In this document: piece by piece, positions 52,761 through 62,072 of the stretch | Position numbering within the stretch: the stretch's first letter is position 1 | Layout: every line of letters begins with the position of its first letter | Sequence record: NC_023610.1 | Direction: 5' to 3' (one strand) | DNA: 64,000 nt | Notes under the pieces: model-generated | Seen by the model: the letters and a program-made list of their open reading frames with translations, nothing else | What the model was told of the DNA's origin: nothing | Databases searched by the model: none | Made by a program: the position numbers and the translations under genes

Positions 52761-55538
52761 ATGGGCTACAAGAAAAATAAAGTTGCGCCAACGTCGGTAC
52801 GGGTAAAAAGTCAGAACACCGACTTCTTCCACCGTAACCCGCGCGCAGCTGTCGTCGCCTCCAAAATGATTGCTGACCGCTACAGCGGACAGAACAAACC
52901 TGGCCACGGTGTCGACGTACCGAACGAAAGCATCTTTGACGTCATCATCAACCGCCGTGGGCGGAAGAACCTTGACGCCGAAACTATCATGAACTTGCAG
53001 CCGGACATCAAGCTGATTAAAAGCCTGATTACCTCCATCGTCATGTCACCGATTGACATGGACTCCGGCGGCGTAACCTTTAAAATGACGGAATCCACGG
53101 AACTCCCAGGGGTGGTCTATAACCCGTTGCTGGAAGTCATCCGTTCGCACTTCACCAGTTACTACGACCTCAACGAAGTGTTACCGTTGGCCGTCGGCGA
53201 AGCGCTCTTCGACCAAGGTGCCTCCATCCGCGTGGTGGTTCCCGAAGCCGCGGTCGACGACATGATTAACGGAACCACTCAGCGCGTCAGCACCGAAGAC
53301 TATATTAACTCCCGTCTGGACGCTGACCGCCTGACGTTCCGTCCCCAAGGTTTCCTGGGTCCGGTAATGTCTGGCTGGAAAGACAATAAACGTATTCCGT
53401 TTGATGCCCACGCCGCGCAGAAGAAAGTGTCACTGGAGTCTGCCTTTACTATCCAGGCGTCCGCCACGAACACGCGCTTCAACAGCATGGCTACCATCAC
53501 CGACAATATCGAAATCCTGACGGTTCCCATACTAAAAGAGCGCACACGTGCCCGCATGTTGCGTAATGCTCAGATGGCGCGGTTGTATCAGGCGAACCGG
53601 TCGGTCGCTACGGAAAGTAACCAGGCACAAATCCGTACGTTAGCAGGAACGTTGTACAAACAAACGAACGGGCGCAGTCAGGTAAAGAACGTGGAAATCA
53701 TGTCCGCGGCACATTCTGCTTCCCGCTCCTCAATCGGTCACCCAATGGTCATGAAGTGGTCCTCCGACTCCCTGGTTCCGGCGTATGTCCCGGGGGAAGA
53801 AGAGAAACACCTGGGTTACATCGGGGCGATTGATGAGAACGGTCACCCAATTGATGTCATGGAAGAGATGAAACAAAACATCTCGAAAGGCATGGGAAAC
53901 CTGGATAACCAACAGGCGATGAACCTGACCTCGACGTTGATTCAGCAAACGCAGATTCTTCAGTCGGGTTACAACGTCGACATGGACAAGCAGTCCGCTG
54001 CGGAACGTTTGCGTCTCTTCACTCAGGTGTACGAAGAGAACATCCTGAACCGTATCAAGTCGGGTATCTACGGGCACAACGTGAAGCTCGGTGACAACGA
54101 ATCCTTCTACAAGGTGATGTTGGCTCGCCACTTCGCAAACAACCACATCCACCTGGTGTTCATCCCAGCCGAACAGGTCGCGTACTTCGCGTACGACTAC
54201 GACAAGAACGGTATGGGTAAATCCCTGCTGGATGACGTGAAGCAGGTCAGTACCCTGCGTGTCATGACCACGTTTGCGAACTTCATGTCGGCGATTGCCA
54301 ACGCCGTGGGCCGTACCAAAGTTACACTCAACATCGACCCGCGTTCTCCGGACCCGGAAAAGGATTACCATATCCTGATGGACGAGTATCTCCGTGGCCA
54401 GTCTAACGCCAGTCCAACTGACGTGACCTCGGCAGCTGAGATGTTCCGTACCATTCGTCAGATGGGCGTGAACTTTGAAGTGACCGGTAACGACCGTATC
54501 CCGAACACCACGGTACAGGTTGACTCTTACCAGTCGCAGAAACAAATGATTGACCCGGAGTTTACCAACGAACTGAAAACCCAGCAGTACATGGGCCTGT
54601 TCGTTACCCCTGACATGGTGGACATGACGCAGCAAGGTGATTTCGCGATTACCCGCTGGACATCAAACCAACTGTTCGCTAAGCGTATCAAAACTATCCA
54701 ACAGGCGACGTGTCGCCATGGGAAGAAACTGGTCACGGCATATACCCTGTCGTCCGGCGAATTGATTAAGCGCTTGCAGCAGGAAATCGACGGGATTAAA
54801 GATAAGCTTCCGGAGAAGTACAAGATAACGGAATCACAGGGTAACGTTATCCGGCACCAAGAGCTGATTGAAGACTTCATGGAAGACCTCATGCTCGAAT
54901 TGCCAACGCCGTCCAGTACCAAGTACCAGACGCAGCTGGAAGAAATGAACAAGTACTCCGGCCTCCTTGACGAAGGTATCCGTCATTACGTGACCAACGA
55001 ACTGTTGGGCGGCGCAATGGCAGATGAAGACAGTTCTCACGTTGACCTGATGGTGAACTCCATTAAGTCGTACATGATGCGCGAGTACATGGCGCGTGAG
55101 GATATCTTGCCTGAGTTGCAGGAACTGGTGCGTAAAGGTACCGAGGACAATCCGTCACTCGACCTCTCCAAAGAGTACATGGTGCACATGACGAACATCA
55201 TGAACAACCTGGGGGATTGGGGTTCAGCGGTGAAACTGCGTCGTGAGAAGTATCTGGAAATGCTGCAATCCAAGAACCCGGATTACGCCGAGGCGATTGG
55301 TAGCGCAGGAGCCAGTGCGGACTCTTCATCTTCGGCTGACAGCAGTGACGACAGCGGGGATGACGAGTTCGACTTCGACAGCGAGCCACCAGGAATGGAT
55401 GAGTTCGATGACGGTGGGGATACCGATGCGGAAGAGTCTCCGGATGAGACAGACACCGATACCACCGGGGAAGCGGACATGGCGGCAGAAGAAGAACCTG
55501 CACAGGAACCAGCAGGGGACACGGAACCAACGCCATAA
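52761..55538 (+). CDS. Portal protein (phiKZ gp129-like)
   Basis: 925 aa; synteny next to the gp128-like gene; HPMVMKWSSDSLVP, GYIGAIDENGHP and AYFAYDY..NG.GKSLL motifs; acidic C-terminal tail. Confidence 0.8.
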   Translation: MGYKKNKVAPTSVRVKSQNTDFFHRNPRAAVVASKMIADRYSGQNKPGHGVDVPNESIFDVIINRRGRKNLDAETIMNLQPDIKLIKSLITSIVMSPIDMDSGGVTFKMTESTELPGVVYNPLLEVIRSHFTSYYDLNEVLPLAVGEALFDQGASIRVVVPEAAVDDMINGTTQRVSTEDYINSRLDADRLTFRPQGFLGPVMSGWKDNKRIPFDAHAAQKKVSLESAFTIQASATNTRFNSMATITDNIEILTVPILKERTRARMLRNAQMARLYQANRSVATESNQAQIRTLAGTLYKQTNGRSQVKNVEIMSAAHSASRSSIGHPMVMKWSSDSLVPAYVPGEEEKHLGYIGAIDENGHPIDVMEEMKQNISKGMGNLDNQQAMNLTSTLIQQTQILQSGYNVDMDKQSAAERLRLFTQVYEENILNRIKSGIYGHNVKLGDNESFYKVMLARHFANNHIHLVFIPAEQVAYFAYDYDKNGMGKSLLDDVKQVSTLRVMTTFANFMSAIANAVGRTKVTLNIDPRSPDPEKDYHILMDEYLRGQSNASPTDVTSAAEMFRTIRQMGVNFEVTGNDRIPNTTVQVDSYQSQKQMIDPEFTNELKTQQYMGLFVTPDMVDMTQQGDFAITRWTSNQLFAKRIKTIQQATCRHGKKLVTAYTLSSGELIKRLQQEIDGIKDKLPEKYKITESQGNVIRHQELIEDFMEDLMLELPTPSSTKYQTQLEEMNKYSGLLDEGIRHYVTNELLGGAMADEDSSHVDLMVNSIKSYMMREYMAREDILPELQELVRKGTEDNPSLDLSKEYMVHMTNIMNNLGDWGSAVKLRREKYLEMLQSKNPDYAEAIGSAGASADSSSSADSSDDSGDDEFDFDSEPPGMDEFDDGGDTDAEESPDETDTDTTGEADMAAEEEPAQEPAGDTEPTP

Positions 55539-55539
55539 C

Positions 55540-55588
55540 GAAAAAAAAAGAAAGGCAACGCCACCGGGTTTCCCCGGTGGCGTTTATG
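55540..55588. terminator. Bidirectional terminator
   Basis: AACGCCACCGGG-TTT-CCCCGGTGGCGTT with an A-run upstream. Confidence 0.8.
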
Positions 55589-55592
55589 CCGC

Positions 55593-55772
55593 TTAGTGAT
55601 AACGGAAGATGCGATGCGCAATCAACGTTACAACCAAGGGCACAACCGTAATAAGGACAAACAGCCACAGGACGTTTGCCCGCTCAGGAGGAATGGAAAC
55701 CATAATCAACGCACAGATAATCCATGCACCGAACCCACTCCCCATAACGTAGCTAAACGCGCGCGGGGACAT
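55593..55772 (-). CDS. Small two-TM membrane protein (59 aa), absent from the ORF track
   Basis: TGATG overlap with the upstream stop; MSPRAFSYVMGSGFGAWIICALIMVSIPPERANVLWLFVLITVVPLVVTLIAHRIFRYH. Confidence 0.65.
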   Translation of the reverse strand: MSPRAFSYVMGSGFGAWIICALIMVSIPPERANVLWLFVLITVVPLVVTLIAHRIFRYH

Positions 55773-56398
55773 CAGCTGTACGCCACGTCACGCCAGAAGC
55801 GAGAGAACTGAAGGTTCTCCAGCACATCCACGTTCTGCTCGCGCAGTGCGGTTTCAGCGATTTCCAGAATCCCACGACCGTCATCGGGTTCATCCGTTAA
55901 CAGTTCGGTGAGTTCTTTTTCGTTACGGGCGAAGAGCGTGTACGCAACCTGGGTCAGTAGCGAGGAGTGGTCGTCCTCACGTGACGGAGATTTGTACTGG
56001 TTAGCGTCTTTGACGTACAGGTTATCCTGTTCCAGGACGGCGACTTCAATCCCGAAAGAGCTGTCACGCCAGGCATCGAAACACTGACGAACTACGCCCA
56101 GTACCGCTTGGGGATTCTGTTGATAGAAACGTTTGAAGGCCAGGTAACGCGGGGAGTCAAAGAAACTGTTAGCGCGGGCCTGTGCCATCAAATCGGGAAC
56201 GGACGTGTTACCGAAGATAGTGGCAACGATTGGGTTCACTTCAGACATAGCGGGTTCCTTCTCAGGTTTAGGTAAGAATGCGGGTTCAGGACGAGGTGCG
56301 GTAACTTCCTCAGCCGTGGCGATGCGATAGGGTACGACGTTACTGATTTTTGACGTGTCGATTTTACCCTGAGAAGATTTGTTATTTTTTCTACTCAT
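55772..56398 (-). CDS. Hypothetical protein (MSRKNNK...)
   Basis: ATG follows the 17-mer RBS motif. Confidence 0.75.
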   Translation of the reverse strand: MSRKNNKSSQGKIDTSKISNVVPYRIATAEEVTAPRPEPAFLPKPEKEPAMSEVNPIVATIFGNTSVPDLMAQARANSFFDSPRYLAFKRFYQQNPQAVLGVVRQCFDAWRDSSFGIEVAVLEQDNLYVKDANQYKSPSREDDHSSLLTQVAYTLFARNEKELTELLTDEPDDGRGILEIAETALREQNVDVLENLQFSRFWRDVAYS

Positions 56399-56402
56399 GG
56401 TG

Positions 56403-56419
56403 GACAACCCCTTATTTAA
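56403..56419 (-). promoter_or_regulatory. TTAAATAAGGGGTTGTC motif (copy 2)
   Basis: Exact 17-mer. Confidence 0.65.
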
Positions 56420-56801
56420 AATCAAACGTGATGATGTAACTTGGGATAAAGACATCACTCCCAGGCTTCAATCGTTTTTGCTCAGAGAAGGCAAAGCCGT
56501 AGCCCGCTTCTTTAAGCTTTTCCATCAGGTAGTACAAGCAGCAGGTGTTGATGTTCCTGTTGCGCAGCACTATCCCGTCGAAACGTTGACCCTGATTGAA
56601 TTTACGTTCGTGCTCTACAATACCGTTGAAGATGGCAGGATATTCATTCATCAGTTTGTAGGCTGTGCGTCCCTTAAGTACGTACTCATTAACGCGGTTG
56701 ACAAACTCCTGTTCAGCTTGCACGATACGCAGGTTAGTCACCCCTGGCAATTTACCCATAGGGTCATCAATCAGGGAGAGTAATACCGGCTGTTTTGACA
56801 T
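56412..56801 (-). CDS. Conserved hypothetical protein (MSKQPVL...)
   Basis: RBS GGAGAG. Confidence 0.7.
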   Translation of the reverse strand: MSKQPVLLSLIDDPMGKLPGVTNLRIVQAEQEFVNRVNEYVLKGRTAYKLMNEYPAIFNGIVEHERKFNQGQRFDGIVLRNRNINTCCLYYLMEKLKEAGYGFAFSEQKRLKPGSDVFIPSYIITFDFK

Positions 56802-56851
56802 ATGCTCTCCAGATGGCATAACGCTGGGAGGTTACCCTCCCAGCTATGGGT

Positions 56852-59014
56852 TTAGTTGCTCAGGCGAACCAGGTATTCGCTCAGGCTTGGGTCGTACCAG
56901 CTAACGAAGATTTCCATGTCCACACCGTCAGCCAGCAAGATACGGCGGCGGATAGCGAACAGTTCTTCTGCGATACCTTCGTGTTGACGCATCCCGTTGA
57001 TGGCTTTATACAGCAACGGAGAGGCTTCTTTGGTTACACGAGCGACACGCGTTGGTTTCCCGTTAGCACGTGGAGCCATCAGACCTAGTTCCATGGTAGA
57101 GAAGCTGGTCAGGATGGTGTCGAAACGTTCACGGTGATACACGCCACGATTAACTGCAACGTTGTCTTCACCGGCCGCAAACTCGATGCAGTGGAACTGG
57201 CGCATCAATTCACGGGCGAACTTGTTCAGACGTTCCACAGTTTGCACACCGAAGTCTTCTTTCAGACGACCGAGGAATTCCACACCGTCCACGCCGAAGT
57301 CGTCAATCCAGCATGGCAGACCCAGGTTACCTTGCAGTGCACGGTTAACCGCAGCTGTGAACAAACGGTTGATGCCCACCCACAACGCCGGAGCAATGGT
57401 CCCTTTCAGGTCCATCAGACGTTTGTGGTATTCCTGGTAGCTGTGGCCGTCGTGCCATTTGCTGGAGGTGAAGTCAATCAGCTGAAGCTTCAGGTCTTCG
57501 AACTCCGCATCGGTACGCGCAACGTACAGCAGTTCCATTTCGTTGGTGATACCCTGAATGGTAATTGGGTCAGAGTCTTCCGCCATAACGGTGTTCTCTG
57601 TTGCCAGCTGCCACATTTTCACCGTGAGGTCTTTCTTGCCCATGCCATAGACCGTACCGTTTAACAGGACGGTATCCCCATTACGGGACGGCAGTTCCGG
57701 AGCGAAGGTCGGCATTGGTTCGCGTTCTTCTTCCGGCAGTTGCCCGTTGGCCTCTTCCCATTCCTTCATTTCGCGCTCGTGTTCCTTGCGCTGATGTTCT
57801 TCGTCTGCTTCGATATCGTTCAGACGGAAACGGGAAGTAGAAGCTACTTTGGTCAGCTGTGCACGAATCTGCGCAACTTCGTTCTCGTAGCTCTGTGGGC
57901 GACCTAAGTCAGGAATCACCGCATCATCGTAGTTCATGTCGACCTCAGTATACACGACATCCTGATAGCCATCTTCCGTCACCACTAAGCGCATACGCAC
58001 TACAGTCGGGTCGTACAGGACTGGCAGGTTTGGTTTGTTCGGGTCCAAAGGCTTACGCGGAAGCGTAGCAATGAATTCCGGGTTTTCGATGTCTGCACCC
58101 AGCTCAATCAACTGTGCACGGGTCGGGCGGTCAGTCTTCGCCAACACTTTAGCTGGGTCCAGCGTTGCAGCATCACGAACAGGTTGTCCCATACGACTTG
58201 GACCGTTGTGGACAAACTTCACGGCTTCCGGTTCGCGGGCTGCGACAGGTGCTAGATTAACAACAGCCGGGTCTGGGAAATCCGGCACCGGTTGAGAGGC
58301 AGCCGGTTTTTCCTGAGTGATGCCACCACCTGCCAACTTCGCACGCATCTGTGCCAGTGCATCCTGGTTTTTATCCAGAACAGTGTTACCGGTAGAGCGT
58401 GGACGCTCTTCAGCGCGGCTGTAACGGTCAGAGACACGAGAAGGTTGTGCAGGTGCACGGTCTTCTGGTAATGGGCGGTCACGTAAGCGAGAACGCAATT
58501 CTTCACGTTCTTCGCCACCACGGGAAGAGCGACGTGCGCTGCGGTCGTAATCACGGCCACTGCTACGGTCACGTTCCTGACCACCACCAAAGCGGTCGCT
58601 TGGACGACCACGTTCGTCACGGTCATCGCGGTCACGACCGCGTCCACGGCCACCTCGACCACCACGGGCGTCTGAGAGCACGTCTTGCAGGTCTTCGGCT
58701 TTCTTGACGAACTTACGTGCGTCATCGTAGTCGCGGTCGTTCAGGTCGTCAGACATACGTTTGTCTTTCAACACGAAGTCGGCGGCTTTCATGAAGACCA
58801 GACCGGCGAGATGACGACTGTAGTCAAACTGACGGTCGTCGGACAGGTATTCCAGCGCATCAATCACCCACTTCATCAGCGAGTCAAATTCACGGTTAGT
58901 GAACTTGTCGATGCTCACTTCTTCGAAATACATTTCGATAACCATTGAACGGTCTTTCTTCAGAACATCAATCACGTCCAATTCGATATCACGGTCACTT
59001 GGCAAACGGCTCAT
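56852..59014 (-). CDS. Conserved jumbo-phage protein with R/D/G-rich disordered segment
   Basis: 720 aa; GGRGGRGRGRDRDDRDERGRPSDRFGGG segment; immediately downstream of the nvRNAP gene. Confidence 0.8.
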   Translation of the reverse strand: MSRLPSDRDIELDVIDVLKKDRSMVIEMYFEEVSIDKFTNREFDSLMKWVIDALEYLSDDRQFDYSRHLAGLVFMKAADFVLKDKRMSDDLNDRDYDDARKFVKKAEDLQDVLSDARGGRGGRGRGRDRDDRDERGRPSDRFGGGQERDRSSGRDYDRSARRSSRGGEEREELRSRLRDRPLPEDRAPAQPSRVSDRYSRAEERPRSTGNTVLDKNQDALAQMRAKLAGGGITQEKPAASQPVPDFPDPAVVNLAPVAAREPEAVKFVHNGPSRMGQPVRDAATLDPAKVLAKTDRPTRAQLIELGADIENPEFIATLPRKPLDPNKPNLPVLYDPTVVRMRLVVTEDGYQDVVYTEVDMNYDDAVIPDLGRPQSYENEVAQIRAQLTKVASTSRFRLNDIEADEEHQRKEHEREMKEWEEANGQLPEEEREPMPTFAPELPSRNGDTVLLNGTVYGMGKKDLTVKMWQLATENTVMAEDSDPITIQGITNEMELLYVARTDAEFEDLKLQLIDFTSSKWHDGHSYQEYHKRLMDLKGTIAPALWVGINRLFTAAVNRALQGNLGLPCWIDDFGVDGVEFLGRLKEDFGVQTVERLNKFARELMRQFHCIEFAAGEDNVAVNRGVYHRERFDTILTSFSTMELGLMAPRANGKPTRVARVTKEASPLLYKAINGMRQHEGIAEELFAIRRRILLADGVDMEIFVSWYDPSLSEYLVRLSN

Positions 59015-59017
59015 TTA

Positions 59018-59034
59018 GACAACCCCTTATTTAA
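59018..59034 (-). promoter_or_regulatory. TTAAATAAGGGGTTGTC motif (copy 3)
   Basis: Exact 17-mer, fully intergenic. Confidence 0.65.
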
Positions 59035-59044
59035 AGATACAAAG

Positions 59045-60709
59045 TTAGAAAGTTGAGATTTCATCTTTCATCATGTTCAGCAGGTTCACGTACTTCGGAT
59101 TACGGATAAACATCCCGTCATCGTCAATCCACGCAAACGGATTCAGTTTGGTGCGGCCATCCGGAGACGGTTTCGGGAAGTTGCAGTAGCTGCCACATTC
59201 CACCACCGACGGGTGAAGATGGTAACTCACGTCGTTGACGTTGATTACTTTCTTCTTCTTCCCTTTCTGGATGACTGCGTTGGTCTGGCGGATGATGTTA
59301 CAGGTGTACTTAAACAAGTAACAGTCACCAGGGAACTGCACGCTGGTAATCTCACCGTGGCTGCGGCGGCCCATGGGGAAGGAAAGAATGTTAATCTTCT
59401 TACCGAGTAACAGCTTGATTTTCTGTAACGAAATCGGATGCCGTTCGCGGTTTAAAGACCAACCCAGGTTAAAGATGGCGTCGGTAATGCTCGAATACAC
59501 GTAACGGTTTACCATCAGGTACTTGCCCCACATGTTACCCGGGTCAGCGTTGTTCATGCGTTGCTGAATCGTGTCGTTCATGTGGATAAAGAACTCGTAG
59601 ATATCCCGCACATCTATACCGATGTTACGTAAATCTCGCCGTGCTTTCACGTCCACGTAGCGGTCCAGAGAATCCAGGTGGTTGTCGATTTTGTTCAACA
59701 GTTTCCCTTCGCTCTCGTTACTGCGGTGAATCGTGTAGCCCATCACTACTTTCCAGGAATCCGGATGGTCAATGTTCTGGGCGTTGAAGTACAGCGGGAA
59801 GTGGTCAACCACGTAGAAGAAGTGTGCCGCTGCCGTGTGGAAGTCGGTGTTCTTCATGGTCAACTGGTCGGTACGGAACACCAGGTTTAACTGGGTCGGC
59901 ATCCCATATTTCTTCGGCGAGTGCACCGGACGTCCGATACCGCAAGCGTACTTGGAACTGAGCACGGTCCATTGCTCACCCTGATACATCTCACGCACAT
60001 CGTTGACGTCGCAGACGATTACGTCCAGGCCGTAGAAACGACGGAAGACATCAGTAACACCGTACTTACAGAACAGGTAGTGACCGGTTGTGGAAATGGT
60101 CTTGGGTAAATGACGCACTTCACTGGCTTTGGTTTTAGGGCGGGCATTATGCGCCGTTACCTTCACCACGTAGCTGTTAACCGTTTCCCCATCCTGCAAG
60201 AGCTGGTACTGCTGCGTCTCCATAGTAAACTTCGCACGGGCGAAGATGACAAACACGTCACGGTCAGTTACCGTAAACACCGGGTCGCCTAACACGGATG
60301 CAATCGTGTTGGTAGTACCCGAGAGCATAAGGTTACCGGCCTCCCCAGCGAAAGGTAAGAAGATGGGCTTGGGAATCAGCGTCTCTTGTTTCGTTTTGGG
60401 GTCAGTATACTTGAACAGCATTTCTGCCAAGTACAGGTCAGATTCAGCAATGTCAAACTCACGCTTGCCGCTGTCGGATTTCATTAGGGTTTCTTTGACG
60501 GTTTCTAACGGCGATAACCGGCGTATACCCATGTAACGGAATTCCGGAGGAAAACCCTCATCAGCGCAGCGTGCCACCGAGTCAAGATACTCGAGGTCGC
60601 TTTCCATCGCCTCGCCCACAAAGCCTTCGCAGATGCGCGGGTTGAACTGCGGCAGGTCATCATGGATAAAATCAAATAGTTCGAGGTCGAAGCTCACCTT
60701 ATCCTCCAT
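59045..60709 (-). CDS. Non-virion RNA polymerase beta subunit, N-terminal part (phiKZ gp123-like)
   Basis: PQFNPRICEGF, LSPLE, KPIFLPF..EAGNLMLSG....I..VLGD and LHPSVVECGSY...PK..PDGR..LNPF motifs; two genes downstream of the capsid gene as in phiKZ. Confidence 0.85.
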   Translation of the reverse strand: MEDKVSFDLELFDFIHDDLPQFNPRICEGFVGEAMESDLEYLDSVARCADEGFPPEFRYMGIRRLSPLETVKETLMKSDSGKREFDIAESDLYLAEMLFKYTDPKTKQETLIPKPIFLPFAGEAGNLMLSGTTNTIASVLGDPVFTVTDRDVFVIFARAKFTMETQQYQLLQDGETVNSYVVKVTAHNARPKTKASEVRHLPKTISTTGHYLFCKYGVTDVFRRFYGLDVIVCDVNDVREMYQGEQWTVLSSKYACGIGRPVHSPKKYGMPTQLNLVFRTDQLTMKNTDFHTAAAHFFYVVDHFPLYFNAQNIDHPDSWKVVMGYTIHRSNESEGKLLNKIDNHLDSLDRYVDVKARRDLRNIGIDVRDIYEFFIHMNDTIQQRMNNADPGNMWGKYLMVNRYVYSSITDAIFNLGWSLNRERHPISLQKIKLLLGKKINILSFPMGRRSHGEITSVQFPGDCYLFKYTCNIIRQTNAVIQKGKKKKVINVNDVSYHLHPSVVECGSYCNFPKPSPDGRTKLNPFAWIDDDGMFIRNPKYVNLLNMMKDEISTF

Positions 60710-60715
60710 TGGTTG

Positions 60716-61756
60716 TCAAGAACGGAACCAATCCGCCAGCTTACTGATTACGGTAATTGCCCCGCCGATAATACCGGCACTGGCAACAAACATCTTCAGG
60801 TGTTCACTGTCGTCTTTACGGTCGAGGCTACGGTATTCGAAATAGTCTTTGCGCTCGAGCGATTTCAGTTCGTTCTCATTCTTCAGGGTTAATATCTGTT
60901 TCTCGAAGTCTTGCTTCTCCCGCTCCCAGGCTTTCTCAGCTTCGGCGAAAATGTCACCGTGTGCTGCTGCTTCCGCCTGCGTCGGATAAAACTTTATCGG
61001 ACATTGTTCATCAGATGAGTGGAGCTCGTAAAAAACGATTTCCGTCCGCTTATCCACGTTTCCCGGAACGTAGACATAAATACCTGATGGCTGTAACGGG
61101 TCAGTAACGGGCGACACCTTACAGACAAAGCCGTTGACGTTAATGTAGCGCGTTCCGAAAATGCCCTCGTTATCTACCACGCCCATCATCAGTCCAGAGG
61201 TGGCCGATGACATGGTAGCAATACGCTCTTCAAACGCCAGTTGGAAATCCACGTTCTCTGACGGATGTTGAGGCAGGTGCTCGAGGCCATGCATGGAGAC
61301 GACAACATCGAGTTCTTGCAGATATAACACCCCACCTTTATCCATTACATCTTTAGCGTCCAAGAAGTAATGATGCGTTAGCTTCGTGACCTGGACAGAG
61401 GCCCCGTAGCGAGAAGGTTCAATTACTTGCGATACACGGGTACGGTCTAAAGTCATTCCGTTACCGGTGCGTCGCGTCACGTCATAATCCACTCCTTCTG
61501 TTGAGAAATACCCACAGGTATAGAACAGCCCTTTGCGTAGTTCCAGGACCACCTCTTTACTCGGGATGCGATGGACAATCCCGTCTCGTTCTCTCACGTA
61601 TAAGTCGATGCCCGTGTTGTTGACAATGCTCTTGGCACTCACATACCGCGGCAGAGTCTTTGGAATCTCCTCTTCTATAATGGTGCCTAAGACGGCTTTA
61701 AATGATGTGGCCTCCCGTCTGAAGCGGGGAGGTTTCCCGTGGTAGTGTGATTCCAT
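60716..61756 (-). CDS. Conserved hypothetical protein with C-terminal coiled coil and TM-like end
   Basis: 346 aa; between capsid and nvRNAP genes; ends YFEYRSLDRKD.SE.LK...GII.G.I. Confidence 0.75.
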   Translation of the reverse strand: MESHYHGKPPRFRREATSFKAVLGTIIEEEIPKTLPRYVSAKSIVNNTGIDLYVRERDGIVHRIPSKEVVLELRKGLFYTCGYFSTEGVDYDVTRRTGNGMTLDRTRVSQVIEPSRYGASVQVTKLTHHYFLDAKDVMDKGGVLYLQELDVVVSMHGLEHLPQHPSENVDFQLAFEERIATMSSATSGLMMGVVDNEGIFGTRYINVNGFVCKVSPVTDPLQPSGIYVYVPGNVDKRTEIVFYELHSSDEQCPIKFYPTQAEAAAHGDIFAEAEKAWEREKQDFEKQILTLKNENELKSLERKDYFEYRSLDRKDDSEHLKMFVASAGIIGGAITVISKLADWFRS

Positions 61757-61759
61757 AAT

Positions 61760-61834
61760 TTATCGCCCTGCGGGATAAACGCCGTTTGTTCCAAATCGCT
61801 GATGAGCAGAAGTTCCTAAAGTTCTGTCTAACAT
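61760..61834 (-). CDS. Possible 24-aa leader peptide (MLDRTLGTSAHQRFGTNGVYPAGR)
   Basis: Purine-rich GGAACGGGG before the ATG; stop 3 nt upstream of the next start. Confidence 0.3.
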   Translation of the reverse strand: MLDRTLGTSAHQRFGTNGVYPAGR

Positions 61835-61865
61835 CCCCGTTCCATTAACGGAATCGTTCAAGTAG

Positions 61866-61876
61866 GTAATATATTC
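61866..61876 (-). promoter_or_regulatory. Putative promoter GAATATATTAC
   Basis: TATATTAC core just downstream of the capsid terminator. Confidence 0.55.
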
Positions 61877-61900
61877 TTGAAAGTTCTTTACATCGACCGA

Positions 61901-61950
61901 AAACAAAAAAAGAAAATAAAGCCCGGGAGCCCCGAAGGGCTCCCGGTGCT
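61901..61950 (-). terminator. Strong intrinsic terminator of the capsid gene
   Basis: CCGGGAGCC-CTTCGG-GGCTCCCGG-GC followed by TTTATTTTCTTTTTTTG. Confidence 0.9.
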
Positions 61951-62012
61951 TCAACTACGGCACTCTACACTGTCGCCGGAGGGTCTCGCCAACCAACCCT
62001 CGATGGGGCGTA

Positions 62013-62072
62013 TCACGGTTTAGTGAAACCGTTCAACTGTGGGTTGACGATAGCCTGGCTGAGTGGAGTTCA
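62013..62072 (-). other. In-frame post-stop extension of the capsid gene (candidate UGA read-through segment)
   Basis: TGA-ACT CCA CTC AGC CAG GCT ATC GTC AAC CCA CAG TTG AAC GGT TTC ACT AAA CCG-TGA = *TPLSQAIVNPQLNGFTKP*. Confidence 0.65.

Noticed and set aside
53730-54635. 301-aa minus-strand ORF
   Set aside because: Antisense shadow of the portal gene.
55243-55621. Alternative-frame ORFs over the portal acidic tail
   Set aside because: By-products of the low-complexity GAC/GAT/AGC repeats.
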